From: Blastocystis sp. Blastoise
Taxonomy: Eukaryota; Protista; Bigyra: Opalinata
NCBI GenBank assembly: GCA_039096225.1
Contig: JBBPEB010000034.1
Coordinates: 62,001-126,000 of the forward strand
Length of the DNA: 64,000 nt
Reading direction: 5' to 3'
In this document: piece by piece, positions 15,873-31,090 of the stretch
Position numbering within the stretch: position 1 is the stretch's first letter
Layout: the number at the start of each line of letters is the position of its first letter
Made by a program: the position numbers and the translations under genes
The notes under the pieces: generated by a model
The model's input: only the letters and a program-made list of their open reading frames with translations
The model's database searches: none
What the model was told of the DNA's origin: nothing

Positions 15873-16374
15873 TTACATTGGAGAAACACTAATGGTTTCC
15901 CCAGTTTCCAAGTCTCTAGTGAGAGGTGAAATACTATTCTGACTGTTTCTTACAGAGGTTGCGTCATCGATCTGTGTGTTTGTCATCAATTGATCTTTAG
16001 TCTCTTCTTGAATATCTATAGATATATTCATATTTATATTCTTCTTCTTCTCTTCTTCTTCTTCTCTACCCACAAAAGTCCCGTTATCCCCAGAAATATC
16101 TTCTTTTGTAAGAGACGATACAGATTTATCCTCAGATTCCCCGTGGGAATAATGAGGATTCACATCAGCATGTAAACCATTCGGTATACATAATAATATT
16201 AACAATAATACAATAGCAATAGCTCCTATATATATATGTTATTATAATAATAATATTATATATATATATATACCATAAACAGCACCGACAAATATAGTTC
16301 CCCATTTGGTATATTCATATACTATTCCCAATATAGGAGAAGTAATAATCATAGCGACTTGACCTACCATGGAT

Positions 16375-16423
<49 letters not shown>

Positions 16424-16577
16424 ATAGAAAGAGCTTGTCCTTGAACTTCACTTGGAGATTGAGCCTATATGTATATATGTATATATGTATATATATATGC
16501 TATTATTATTATTATTATATACTGATAACATTGAAGGTGTAGCTGTTGCTAAGAATGAAGAACCCATAAACATAACA

Positions 16578-16615
<38 letters not shown>

Positions 16616-17427
16616 AATAGAAATAAATGCACCAATATAACTATGAAGGAAAGTCATACATATATATCCTATACCTATATATATATATTAATATATATAA
16701 TAATAATAATAATAATATATATATATACAAAGTAGAATACTTCCAAACAGAGTCAGTATCGCTATATAATAATAAACATAATAATAATAATAATAAACAT
16801 AATAATAAATATAATAATAATAATAAATACTAAGAGGGATATGTGCCTTATCATGGAGGACAGGAAGGAGATAAAATTGAACGAATGCGGATAAGCAGCC
16901 CGTTATACATAACATTATACTATAATTCAAAGAAGACACATTGATCGTATCCTGTAAATAATAACCATACCTATATATATATATATATATATAATAAACA
17001 TACACAATATAAATATATATATAATATATATATATATACATAGAATCAGAAATAACAATACAAGAATCATTTAAGAATCGAAGAATAAGAGCGAATATCA
17101 TAATAACATTGAAGTGTAACTTGGTCTTTGGCTCTATATATATATATATATATAAAGGATTCTTATTCATATAAATATACTTGGTTTATCTTGGGTATTC
17201 TTCTCAGTAGTGATTTCTATATATAATAATAATAATTATTATTATTATAGTTTATATAATAAAAACAAGAATAAACATAATTAATAGAAATAAGAATATC
17301 AATAAATAAATATATATATATACTTGTATTAACAAGTTTCTTTTCTTTATTAACAATAGAAGGAAGAGATTCTTTCATGAAAAATATAGATACCAATAAT
17401 ACTATACCTGCTAAAATACCAGCTACA

Positions 17428-17467
<40 letters not shown>

Positions 17468-18405
17468 TATCATTGAGTAACAAATATAAAAAATAAACAA
17501 TAAATATAATAAATATAAAAAATAAATAATAAATATAATAAATATAATAAATATAATAAATATAATAAATATAATAAATATAATAAATATAATAAATATA
17601 AAAAATAAATAATAAATATAATAAATATAACAAATACAATAAATATAATAAATATAACAAATATAATAAATATAATAAATATATACAAAGGTGCGCGTAG
17701 ACTGATTTCTCCTAGAAATCCTCCGAGAGCTGGTCCAAAAGCGAAAGCCGCGCTGATTACACCTCCAAATATAGAAAGATAAGTAGTTCGTTCTTCGCGA
17801 GGAATACAATCCGTAATATATGCTTGAGCCAATACCATACTTCCAGCGAAGAGTCCCGTTAATGTACGTGTAATCACAAGAATAACCATAGTTGGGGATA
17901 ATGCTTGAAGAATTGGACCTATATATGTTAAAAATATAAATACAATATATAATACTTATATATTAAAATATTTTTAGAATATATGAAGAATCAATATGTA
18001 TATATATAAATATATACCAATAAAAGAACCACAAAGAGATAAAATAAGGAATGGTTTTCTCCCATAACGATCACTAAAATATCCCATATATAATGCACCT
18101 AAAGAAATGTAATGCATAAAATAATATTCAAAATAAATAATATATATATTTTATTAGCATTCAAATATAAAATATAAACCCTATTCAAAACGAACATAAA
18201 AACAGTATTTAAAATAGAATAAATAAAATATCTCTATACTGATGGCTTGAGCAAAAGCATAGCATCCAACAAGTAATCCTAATTCAAATGTAGATCCATT
18301 TAACTCTTTCGTTAAGAACGATATAATAGGAAGAACAAATGAGAATCCAAGCATATCAATAAATGCAGTTAAAAAAACTAAAATCAGTTTCGTAGGAAAT
18401 GCCAT
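15873..18405 (-). CDS. MFS drug/H+ antiporter, TetA/MFSD10/MFSD14-like, about 12 introns
   Basis: FIDMLGFSFVLP; motif A GYFSDRYGRKP; RTLTGLFAGS..AQAYITD; motif C AFAFGPALGG; QGQALSIG. Confidence 0.88.
16376..16421 (-). other. Intron that is purely G(TA)22G
   Basis: Removal restores QGQALSIG-SMVGQVAM in the MFS frame. Confidence 0.85.
16579..16614 (-). other. Intron that is purely G(TA)17G (36 nt, in frame, no stop)
   Basis: Removal gives AFISIG-VMFMGSS. Confidence 0.8.
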
Positions 18406-19180
18406 TTCAATTTAGAATCAATGATACAAGTAGAAGTGAAGTAATCCAATAATAAAATTATTCTCCAATAAAGAAAAATAATGAATACAAACACAGTTTT
18501 TCTTTTCATTTTTATAACCACAAAATCAGTGTATGGCTGAAAAAATAAGTGGCGTACTGATTTTTTAAAATTATTCTTTCAAATATTGTGTTTCTGAATA
18601 TATTATGAATCATAAATATATAATCTATGTTCGTAGAATTAATTCTAAAGCCAGAATTCTGCTATTTAAATTAAAATTGATACATTTGATTGTAAATAGT
18701 CTTATCAAATCTACTTAAATGTTAGTTCTATTATATTTTTATGAGTTATGATTGTTTTTCAGTTATAGAAGACATTAATTAAGTCAACATAAGATAATTT
18801 AAATATTACATTTGTCGATAATTGCCTGTATTTATTATTATTTTGATTTTCAAAATATATAAATACATTTATTATTCTTATTTTTTGAGAAATTATATAT
18901 TATATAAACATTAATAGTGTTTTTTAATAAAAAAGATTTTTTTAATTCAAAAGAAATGTTTCGAATCATTTAGATTCACTTTTGAAAAGCTAGTTATCCT
19001 TTTAAACAAATCTGAATAACCTAGAATATATTCTATTGTTGTTTAATAGTTCAAAATAGATATTAAAATCTAATACTATAACTTATAAATCATAAAAATA
19101 TTATATATATATATTTATAAACAACTAAACTACATAATTCTTGTCGAACTTTATATTGCTAGTAAAATTACTATATACTA

Positions 19181-20855
19181 TTATATACAGAGAGATTCAA
19201 ATGAAATAGAGTTCAATGAATGTATAGAGCATATATTATGAATGATATTGTTATATTCATATTTGAAAGGTGTAGTATAATGGCATTGTTCAATTAAATG
19301 TTGAGAGAACTCCAGAACACATTCTTTATTATATATATTGACATCTTTTCTTTTCATTTGTTCTAATTGAATATCATCAGAAATAAGACTTCTAGCGAAT
19401 CTCATTAATGTAATTTCTTCCTTCATTTCTCTTAATAATACTGATTCTAGTTGTTTCATATTCTCCTCTAATGTATCTTTTGAAGAACGAATAGTATTCC
19501 ATAAAGCCACGTGCTTCGGAACATCAACATAAGAAACAGTGTTTTCATGTGTTCTTGTGATATCTAGAGTAACAGAAAGATATAATATTAATAATAATGT
19601 AATAATGATGAAAAAAAAGTATTAAAAATATATATATATAATTATGATGAAAAAAAAGTATTAAAAATATATGAATAATTATGATGAATAAAAAAGTATT
19701 AAAAATATATATATACAATAATGATGAAAATAAAAGTATTAAAAAAATATATATATAATAATAAAAATACATTAAAAACCAAATATATATATACATATTT
19801 ATTGAATAAACAAATAATAATAAATAAAATAATTATAACCTACTCATTGTGTTCTTCTTTATTATTTTTTTATTTCCAATGAATTGATCAATAGTATAAT
19901 CTTTAAATTGTTCAACTGAACCAAATTGACATACATTCTGATTACTTCCTGATTCTTTGACAGTTTTCGATGTATATTCAAATAACTCCGAAAACGTTAC
20001 TTTTTGTGATTCAGAATTCTCTATATAAGATTGCCATATATTATCATATAATCCAGAAAGACATGTTTTTAATGATTTTCCATTCACTTTATCATAAGGT
20101 GGACAATTCGACATATCTGCATTATGAGAAGAATCTGAAGATGATAACACGTAGATATTCATATCACTAGGCATATTAACAAACATAGACCCTGAATGAC
20201 AGGCTTCCATAAATACTACCATTTCTTTATACATCTTTTTGGTATACATTATATTAAATGTATTCATTAATTCGGATTCACGTATTACCCGTCCTCCTAC
20301 AATAATAGCTCCTTCTATTCCATGGTCCATATAATAAAAGAATACTGTATCGTTCTCTGTAGACTCTAAGACTTTAGCACTATTTGTATGTAATAGTTTC
20401 ATTACATTCTGCTTATTTCCTTGTAAAATACTTAGTACTATTTCAGGAGAAATCTGATCTTCCGTATAATCGATATGGTCTTTACATTTAGAAGCCCAAT
20501 CTTTTCCTTCACTCTCCGATGGATCAGTGAATAATTTTCCAGGAAAAGGATTCAGATCATAATCGATATTCTTACTATAAGATAAATAGATTATCCTCTC
20601 TGGATCCATTCCAGAATCAATCAATAACTATAAAAAAATAAAATTTTAAAAATTTGCATTAGATAAAAAACAAATTTTTATAGAAACAAAATTAACTTAT
20701 CAAAAATATCATGATTTATATACATCATAAGCACGACATGGATTCGAAGTGACAGAATAATCACTCCATCCTGAAGAAGTTCCCATAATCACTGCCCATT
20801 TCTCAGCATTGATACTTACAACAAAACATAAAAGAATCAATTTAATAAACAACAT
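19181..20855 (-). CDS. Legumain-like cysteine protease (peptidase C13) with signal peptide, 2 introns
   Basis: MLFIKLILLCFVVSINA-EKWAVIM; NPFPGKLF; FFYYMDHG (catalytic His); FMEACHSGSMF (catalytic Cys); C-terminal prodomain-like helical region. Confidence 0.93.
19598..19760. repeat. Intronic minisatellite, about four copies of a roughly 40-bp unit (ATGATGAAAAAAAAGTATTAAAAATATAT...)
   Basis: Visible tandem copies inside legumain intron 19564-19843. Confidence 0.8.
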
Positions 20856-21982
20856 CAGCTATCAAGAAATATCAATCAAAATAATTCTAGATGTATTCTG
20901 TTAACGTAAATGAAACAATTCTCTTCAAGATATTGGGCATTCCCGTGAAAGTTATTGGATGTGTTTTTTCTTGTTTTATATATGTATTTATCACATATAC
21001 ATAAAATATAAAATACACACAATAATCTATTATCTATATATAAGAAACTGGAGACTCATTTAGAAGAAAAGATATCGTGACGTGTTCAAAATTTCGTTTT
21101 CTTTCACTATTTGTCATCAAAATAATAAAATTTTCTTTGTTATAAGTAGAAATCAATAAGCTTAATAAAATAAGAAATATATAATATACCAAATCAATAC
21201 TTCAAACACAAGATTATAGTATTCTTAAAAATAAATAGGCTATTTCATGTTGTTTTACATATAAATCAATGGTCTTAAAGCTTTGATACAGACTTCACAA
21301 TGTGTCTACTGTTGTCAATTAATATATCCTTCTTAAAAACCAGAATTTGTCTGGATCTCACTAATAGGAAAATGTTTTCTAGATATATGCAACAGATCTG
21401 ATTATATAAAGATATGCTGAATAGATCCTATTAATAAATATACATTCAGAAACAATAAAAAAATGATTTCATTCTCCTAAAGCTATTGTTTAATTAATTT
21501 GATTAAATAAATCAATTAGAATTCATTAAATAATATAGATATCATTCTGAATAAAGTTTCGGTGAAGATTATCCAACAATAGACTGAAAAACCAACAAAA
21601 TTATTCTTTCTTTAAACATCAATCTGGATTATCCCAAACAAAATAATTAAAAGCATCATCTAGATGACTGAATAAAAGTAATTAGCAAGAATAAAAAAAG
21701 ATAAATCTTACGAACCAGTTTTATTTTTTTCATGATTTTTTTCCGCATCTATTTAGTGTTTCTATATAATGAAAAGATCAAGAATTCTGGGAACGAATAC
21801 TAAAAAATATCTTTCTTTTCTTTTTATATCTATCTAAAATATAATATTATTCTCAAGTATATACACATTATTTTCATAAGTATTCATCTTCGTTCGTATT
21901 TTCTCTTAATCTAATATATTCATATATCTTTTTTATTGACATGCAGTTCTCACAATAATTCTTTTTCTCTTATTTAGATACA

Positions 21983-24476
21983 ATGAATAGTTTATCTGTA
22001 ATTGAATCAGATTTAGCATCCCTCAAATCAGAATGCAAAAAGAAATGTATATAAACTTCATTTCTTTTTTACTATTCTTTTTTCCAATAGTTTCTTCAAT
22101 ACGAAATGATTGTGATGAATGTGTTAAGGTTCTCGGCGAATATCAGAATAACTGTAGACTTGAAGAAGTATATATTTTTTGTTGAATTGCAATTATATAC
22201 TTGATTTTCCTTATTTTAATTGATCTTGTTTTGCATTTATTAATCTTTTTAATAGATAAAGCAATCTGATTATTGTTTGGCTTCACCCTATATTGAAACA
22301 ATAAAAAATAAAAAAGCTAATCAAGAAATGTTAGAAATAGCAATAGTGGGTATTAAACATCTAATTAGTTATGATTATATAAATTCATCTTATTACAAAG
22401 ATATTATTGAAGCAATCTCTATACGTGTATATATTTATTATTCTATCTTCACTAGTTTTATAAATAGTTATAACTGAATTTTTTTTTTATTTTTGATTTT
22501 TTTTTTAATTTTTTGTATATCTGTTCATTATGTAGTTTAACTTTTTAATGATAATAGTAATGTATATTCTCTACTATTTTTTTATTATTTGTTATATATA
22601 TAGTACAGTTTAGATACGGATTCTGATTTATTGATGCAATTATATCAAATAATACCAGTACTAGTAGAATCAGATAGTTTTATTATCAGTACTTCAGAAA
22701 TACATAGTTTAATCAGTCTTCTTACAAGTACATTAGATGACGAAGATTATAATGATGACAGTATGGTTGTCACAGCCACAAAGATCATTCTAGAACAAGT
22801 AATGTAATATATTTGTTTCAATTATATATTATTTAATAGTTTATTCACACGTTAGCAAAACATGTAATTCAAGAAACTAAAACAACAAAGAGTATATAGG
22901 TATTGTTAGGTTTATTATGTGTTTTTATTATATTTATTTTATTTATTTTATTTATTTTATTTATTTTATTTATTATATTTTATGTATTTATTTTATTTAT
23001 TATATTTATTACATATAGTAAATACTGTTACTCAAGAAGATACATCCTATCAACATGTCTTACTTATTATTCTTAAAGTATATATATCTTTATATATATC
23101 TTTCTATATATCTTTCTATAGGATTTTATGAGTATCTATAAACGTCAGCCTGCTTTGTGGTTAACAGATATTAAAATTGACCCTATATATGCATTTACTA
23201 TTGTTTTACAGATCCTTGAACAATATCCTTCTATTTTCCATGATCTAGACCATTATAAACAATTAATAGCAAAAGAAGTATATATATATATTCTATATAG
23301 TGTATGTTATACTATATATACATATATATATAGTTGAATAATACCTTAGAAAATGATATTTCTCCTGTTCTGAGTAAAGAAGAATTACCTGCCTTATTTC
23401 ATCTCTATTCTATTCTATGCACAAAATACATGGATATTCTTGATACTATTCCTGAAGAAATAATCAAGGGAATTGTACATATAGTCAAATATGAAAAAAT
23501 AACACTAAATACAGGTATATATGTATATTATTATTAATATTCTAAAAATAATTATAATCTATATATATATATATATATATATATAGATCCATATACTTTA
23601 TATTCTTTTGAGTTGCTATTAGAATTCTTAAAGCATGAAGATGCTATATATATATTCTATACAAGAGCCACAGATAAATCAGTATTCTATATAACTATAT
23701 ATATAATATAACTATATATATATATAATATAACTATATAACAATATATACAGATACTTCTTCGACTTATTAAATATTTAATGACACTTATATCTAATGTT
23801 GCTGAAGATAACTCCAGTTTATTAAGTGTTATTTCATCTATGGATAAATTTAAACGTCGATGCGGCAAAAATTTTACACCCGTTCTTTCTGAAACTGATA
23901 TAAATATGGAACTTATATACACATATAGTATATATATCTTTTCTAATTATATAAATACAATAAGACGTATGAGTGAAGCAAAGTAAGTAGTTATGTTATA
24001 TTATATTATTTATTCTTATTATTATATTATATTATATTATTATTATATTATATTATGATATATTATATTATATTATATTATATTATGATATATTATTATT
24101 ATATAGAGGTCATCCATATTCAAAAGACTTCTTCCTATATCTAATAGACGATTTATGCGATTCTGTAGCTTCCGATATATCCGCGATTATGTATATATGT
24201 AACGGAGAGACCATGATGACCGTTATTACAGATGTATATATATATATATAGATGTTTATATAAATATATATAGATATATTATAATTCTATATGCCTTGCT
24301 TGTTCATTCTTACACGAAGTCAGACAAGATCTAATCAAGAAACTAGTCAAAGAATTATGTTAAGTATATTATATACTTATGTAATATATATATGTAATAT
24401 ATATATATAATATATATAGGGTTGTTTAGTCATGTATAATCCGTCTCAACCGCTAAGACAAGAAAATATTATTGTA

Positions 24477-24553
<77 letters not shown>

Positions 24554-24833
24554 GTGTATCACTACTCTATATAAAGTATTGTCAACTTGTGGTAATTCCC
24601 TTGAAAATAGTTATATAGATATATGTACTGCACTTCAAGAGATTAATCTCTATTTATTTAGATTAGAACAAATATCCATATATATTTATATATTTATATA
24701 TTTATATTTATATTTATATATATCCTTAATAACATACATTTCAGTATCTCCTGTTATATCAGAACATAAAATTCTTATCGAACAGCAAAACTCTGAGTTT
24801 GTTAAACACACTAGTCAATTAACTCAAGCAGCT

Positions 24834-24874
<41 letters not shown>

Positions 24875-26115
24875 TTTGTTATCTATGCTGACTATAGTGT
24901 AAGAGATATAATTATATTATTGTTATATATAGTAATAGAATTATATAAAGATATTTTGATCGTTCTTAAGCATTTTATTAGTAAGAATTATATGTATCCC
25001 GAAGACGATGATGATAGCGATAGTTATTCCAGTACCAGTGATAGTGATTATAATCGTAAAAATAATGATGTTAATAGTGATAGTGATGATAATAGTAATA
25101 AAGATGATGATATTATTAGTAATAAAGATGATGATATTATTAGTAATAAAGATGATAATAGTATTAAAGATGATAATAGTATTAAAGATGATGATAGTAT
25201 TAGTAATAAAGATGATAATGATAATGGCGATATAGATGATAATAATAATAGCTATATTTATAATAATGATGATAGTGATAACAATAGCGATAATAATAAC
25301 AGTGATGAAGATAGTGACAATGACAGTAATAAAAATAGTGATAATAACAGTGATGATGAGGATAGTGATATCAGTTTTGATGATGATAATAATAACAGTG
25401 ATGATGATAATAGTGATATTAATTTTGATGATAATAGTGATATTAATTTTGATGATAATAGTGATATTAATTTTGATGATTTTGAAAATGATATAAGACG
25501 TGTTCATAAACGTTTACAAAAGGCTAAACAAGGTAAAAAAACAACTATGCCACTGTTAGTGGCTTGTGGTCTTCTTTGGGATAATCCAGCAATACTAAAA
25601 ATTTTAAATAATGAAACGATTGGAAGCACAAGCAATGAAGAGATACTAAGTGAAAGTAGTGACAATCCTACAACTCCGTGTATGTATTTAATCATATTCT
25701 ATTTATTATTATTAATATTATTAATATATATTATATATTGCAACCTTTCTTCTATAGTTAATGTTCCAGAACCCCCAAGTGCGTCACCAGTGACGTTCAC
25801 TGATATGAATCCACCTTATCTATTAAGAACATTCTTCGATATTCTAAAAGAGAATACACATAGATTATCTTGTGTTTGGAATAGTGTTTCAACATATATT
25901 AATTCAGTTCTTGATTCTCTTTATATATTCCCATTTCCTGCTTCTTTTGCCTCCTTCTTATCTTCCTTTATTAATACATTATTAGAAAGTTATACAAAGC
26001 AACTATATCATTCTTATGATCTTTCCATTACACCCCTTGCAGATATGTGCGATGATAAGTATATATATAATAAGTATAATAATAATATATAATATATAGT
26101 ATATAATAATAATAA

Positions 26116-26177
<62 letters not shown>

Positions 26178-26922
26178 GACCTTCTATTCCTTTATTTCTA
26201 ATTTTTTATTCATGATTATTTTATTATATATATAGTAACGAAGAACAACCGGTTGAAGTTATAAATACTGTCGAAGAAAAACATATTTCAGAAGTACTGG
26301 ATTGGGCTGAAAAGTTACTGATAGCCACTGATACAAGAGCTACTGCTGTATTATATATTAAAGATATACTTCTTGATGGAGAGTTATTCACGGGAAATTG
26401 GCATTTCTTATTAAACGGACTTTTTGTATTTTTTGTATTAATAACAATAATTATTATTATATATATATTATATATAGATTTGTGCAGATTCTGATCAATG
26501 TCATGATGGTATATATATATATATATATAACACCATATATATAACACTTTATATAGCCTTTATGTGTTTACAAATGATAGTGGATGATTATTTACCGTCT
26601 TTTCATAATGATGAAATACCCAGGATTCTCGCGGTTATTCAAGCATTCTCAAGACAAGTATATATCTCTTGTTCTATATATACTATTATTATTACTGTAT
26701 ATATAGACAAATAATAGTAATGTTGCTCTAACTTCTCTTTCTCTTCTTTGGAAGGTAGTTGATTATTGTATTGTTATTTCTAAAGGTATATATATGTATG
26801 ATTTTTTATCTTAATTACCGTGATTATTTAGATATGATGAAAAAGGATCGCATATCGCTTCTCTCTTCATTTATGGACCAATTTTACTCTATAATACTTC
26901 CAATTTGCTATGATGTTGTATA

Positions 26923-26959
<37 letters not shown>

Positions 26960-27125
26960 ATATAAAGAGACCAGGTATTCGTAATTGCTGTTTACGCGCC
27001 GTTTTTCAAATAATAACCGCGCAGAATTGTTATATTCTATGTGACGATTATCAAAAAGTAATTGATAACATTTTATATAAATTGGCGGAAAAAGTAGAAA
27101 AAGTCGCTCAAAGTGAACAAACAAG

Positions 27126-27157
<32 letters not shown>

Positions 27158-27166
27158 TTTATATAG

Positions 27167-27242
<76 letters not shown>

Positions 27243-28957
27243 TATATATAGAGCCCAGTTCTAATGATGATACTGAGTTGATGCATCATCACTCACGTGA
27301 CACTCCTGAAAAACAGTGGAACGAAACTCGTACTATATGTATTCAAGGAGTATATATATATATATATATATTATGAGCTATTATTAATTCTTATATATAT
27401 TACTATATATATAGATATCTCGATTATTTACTGTTTTACTTCCTTCAATTCTATCCATAAATAAATTTAATGAACTTTATATATATATATGTAATTATAT
27501 ATGTAATTATATTTTATTTACTGGTAAAGAAGTCCCGACTAGCGCAATCAATGCTTTAGAAGTATATATAAATGTAATTTATATACTATTCTTTTATCTT
27601 TAGTTTTTGTTGTCCTGTTTTTACACAAATCAAAATGGAGTATATATATATATTATATTATATATACTAATTATATACATATATAATTATTCTATAGGAA
27701 AATAGTCCTGTCCACGGATATAAACAGCTGAATATAAGTATAAAATATGAATACGTTACGTTAACCCTCACAACCCTCCAATCAGTGATCACCAATGAAC
27801 AGTATATATATATATATATTTATATAAATACCTTTCTGGACTATATTATACCCACTATATATATATATCACACTATATATATATAGAATCCTTGAAAACC
27901 CTAATGTTGATTATATATATATTGATATATTGAAAATGTTGATAAAACTCTGTGAATCTTTGTATATATATAATCAAATTAATATATATATATATGTATA
28001 TATATAGTCCTGAGTATATCTTAGAAAAGAAGAATCTTGTTATTATATTCAACTTCATTCATATAATCGCGGGAATCGATGAAAAACTAAATAACCGTGA
28101 AGAAACCAGTTTTAACATTAATCGTCGTCCAAATAATATATCTACTATTTCTGTATATATATATATATAAATATTTACATATCTATATTCATATTTATAT
28201 ATATAGGAAGATATTGTGTCCTTATATTTGCCTTTATATATATCGATGCGTAATAATAAATGTATTGATATTGATGTATATATAGAGGAAACGAAGAAGT
28301 TATTGGATATTATCAAAGAAGACCATATTGTTAAAGAAGTTCGAACTGTATATATATATATATAGTATTCTAATACAACATATATATAAAATATATAGAT
28401 ATATGATGATATTATGAGTATAAAAGGACGTTTAGATCATGGGGATAGTGTTCCATCATATGACGAGGAGTGTGCAGAAATATCACGTGATCAGGAGGAA
28501 CTGAATGAGGTTGCCAATAGTACGGATAACACAAATGCGTCATCCGAAGATCAAATAGATTCGAAAGATCATTCTTCAAGATTATTGGATGCAAATAATC
28601 TGTTAGAAGACGTTACATCAGAGAATTGGTCACAAAAACTGATTTATTTGGATACTCTTCTTAAGGATTCAAGGTATGCTATTATTATTCTATTTATTTT
28701 TTCTTTTCTATTTATTCAATTTATTGTATTTTTTCTATTTATTACATTTATTACATTTATTACATTTATTCTATTGATTACATTTATTTTATTTATTATT
28801 ATTATATATTTATAAAGAGATGAGGATACTTGTGCTGCAGCTACTAATTTATTAGTGTCTCTGAATACAGTTATTAAGGATCTATATCCAGATGTTATCA
28901 ATGATAACGGCATTAAACAGCTTGTAACGATATTAGAATTAGATGCTCGACAGATAT

Positions 28958-29010
<53 letters not shown>

Positions 29011-29738
29011 ATTCTATTCTACTATTATTATATTATTCTTCTAGATTATTTAAGAGATCATAGTAATATATATATGGAATGTATATATACGAAGATTGTT
29101 GCTCTCTATTTATATTTCGTATTAGACAATGTTGGTGCCAAAGTATATATATATATATATAACACTTTTATTATATAACTATTCTTATATATAGTTATCA
29201 AGTTTATTTATTCCTTCATTCTTTTCTCTTTTAACGAGAACTTTTGAATTCATATCTCAAATTGTTAAAAATAAAGGTATACATATATATACATTTATTC
29301 TTTTAAAATACTGTAATAAATACATATAATTTCCTATAACTATTTTGTAAATATTTTTTTTTTTCTTTATGTTGATTATTCCATGACTATTTGTATATTA
29401 ACTATATAGAGAGAATACTAGATTCTATGGAAAATATCTTATGCTATTATTTTACTATATTACCTACATTATCAATCGATTCTTCTTTATCTTCTCTTCT
29501 TCCTGACATCTCTCTACCCACTTCTACTTCTACATCTAATACTACTACTATTTCTTCTCTTTCTTCTTCATTAAGAGAATCAACAAATGTCTCAACTCAA
29601 AATATTCATTCTTCTTCTGTTTTATTATCTATATATATTATTCGTTATTTAGTGACGATAATGCGTTGTGGAAATGATCGTATTACAGACCAGTGTGAAA
29701 CATTATTAAATAATATTTTTGATTTATATCATATGTAA
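21983..29738 (+). CDS. MON2: MON2 (Sec7-related endosome/Golgi scaffold), about 34 introns
   Basis: N-terminal DCB SDLASLKSECKKK; FMCLQMIVDDYLP; NVALTSLSLLWKVVDY; CYDVRPGIRNC; MHHHSRDTPEKQWNET (Mon2 signature); TAA 29738. Confidence 0.9.
24672..24737 (+). other. U12-type AT-AC intron in MON2
   Basis: 5' ATATCCAT, branch-like TCCTTAAT at 24723-24730, 3' CATAC; interior is a TA microsatellite as in the other introns. Confidence 0.8.
25000..25480 (+). repeat. Coding Asp/Asn/Ser low-complexity insert in MON2 with tandem units (KDDDIISN, KDDNSI, DDNSDINF)
   Basis: Tandem 24/18/24-bp units in frame. Confidence 0.8.
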
Positions 29739-31090
29739 TCTATTATTTGTTTTCTATGCTTTATTCTAAGTTTATAGTCATTCCTTTTTCTTAATTATTA
29801 TTCTATTAGAGACTATAACATGCATTTTATAATTATTATTGTATCCTATTCATTTGACATTTTTAATCACTTGTCTTTTTTTGTTATACTATTAGAAGTT
29901 CTCTTTTTTGATAGTTTATAAATTTCAATATTAATGTTAATAATCTTGTAATTGTCTTGTTTTTTATATTATTATACTACCATCATAATGCAAATCAAAT
30001 AATTATATTAACTTTTTTAACAAAAACAATAATAAAAAATGACATTTTTTTTTAAAAGCCAGATATTGAGCTACATCATGCTCTTTAATGATTTATAGCA
30101 TTCTCTACGTCTTATCTATAGTCTTCAATAGCAATTAGTCAATGATAAATATCTTTCACAACGAATTTGCATCATCGATGATATCAACTATTTGTTATCT
30201 AATTTACATAGTGAATACTTTCTCATTTTATCAACACTTAGATACTATTAATAAAGCAATATATCAAACGAATATTCTATTCTTGAATTAAAAAGCGAAG
30301 TTTTTTTAACCAAAAACTTCATGTGTATTATGGACAACACAAACCACACGAAGAAAAATCTTCATTTTATATAATATATAGTCTATGGTGTTTGTATAAT
30401 TTTTTTTTACTAAAGAGACCTGTTCATAAGTGAACAAGAGAACCTAAAAAGTCTCTTAAGATACTTATGGACACAATTCTCATTAGTAATCAGTAGTTGG
30501 TGTCATGTATTTATCACAGGTAATCGTAAATTACACTGTGATACATCAAGAAAAAAGAGTTAAATCCATAATAAACCAAATAAAAATTTCAAAAATGTGA
30601 ATTGAACAAAAAATATTATTCAAAAGTATTATGTTTATATAAATTGTATATATAGCTATATATATTCTTAGTTTTGAATATATTACGAATATGTTTGTTA
30701 TTATTCTACTAATAAAACTATTCAACAAATTATTACCCTTTCAACCTCTATAGATCTCCTATACTAATAATAAAAAAATCTTAATGATTCTTTCTGTAAC
30801 ATATTCAAGTGATAATTATAAACGATGTAACTCTCAGAATTATTCATTTTTATAAGAAAACTTTTTACAAAAAGAAATACTCCAATTCTTCATTCTATAT
30901 ATATTATTAATTTAAAAAAATATATATTTATTATTTTTATGATGTACTTCGAAATGATAATCTTCGAATGCTTCTTCTTTTTTCATTTGCTTCATATATA
31001 TGTTCACTGCTGATTGCTTCTACTCTTTTATGTATGTATAGAAGTATTATTTAATGTATATAATAATTTTTTATTTATTTTTATAACATA

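Noticed and set aside
24358-24429. Apparent in-frame TAA in MON2 (ELC*GCL) suggesting readthrough or recoding
   Set aside because: A canonical GTTAAG...TTTAG intron (24359-24429) removes it in frame; no other internal stops were needed in any gene model
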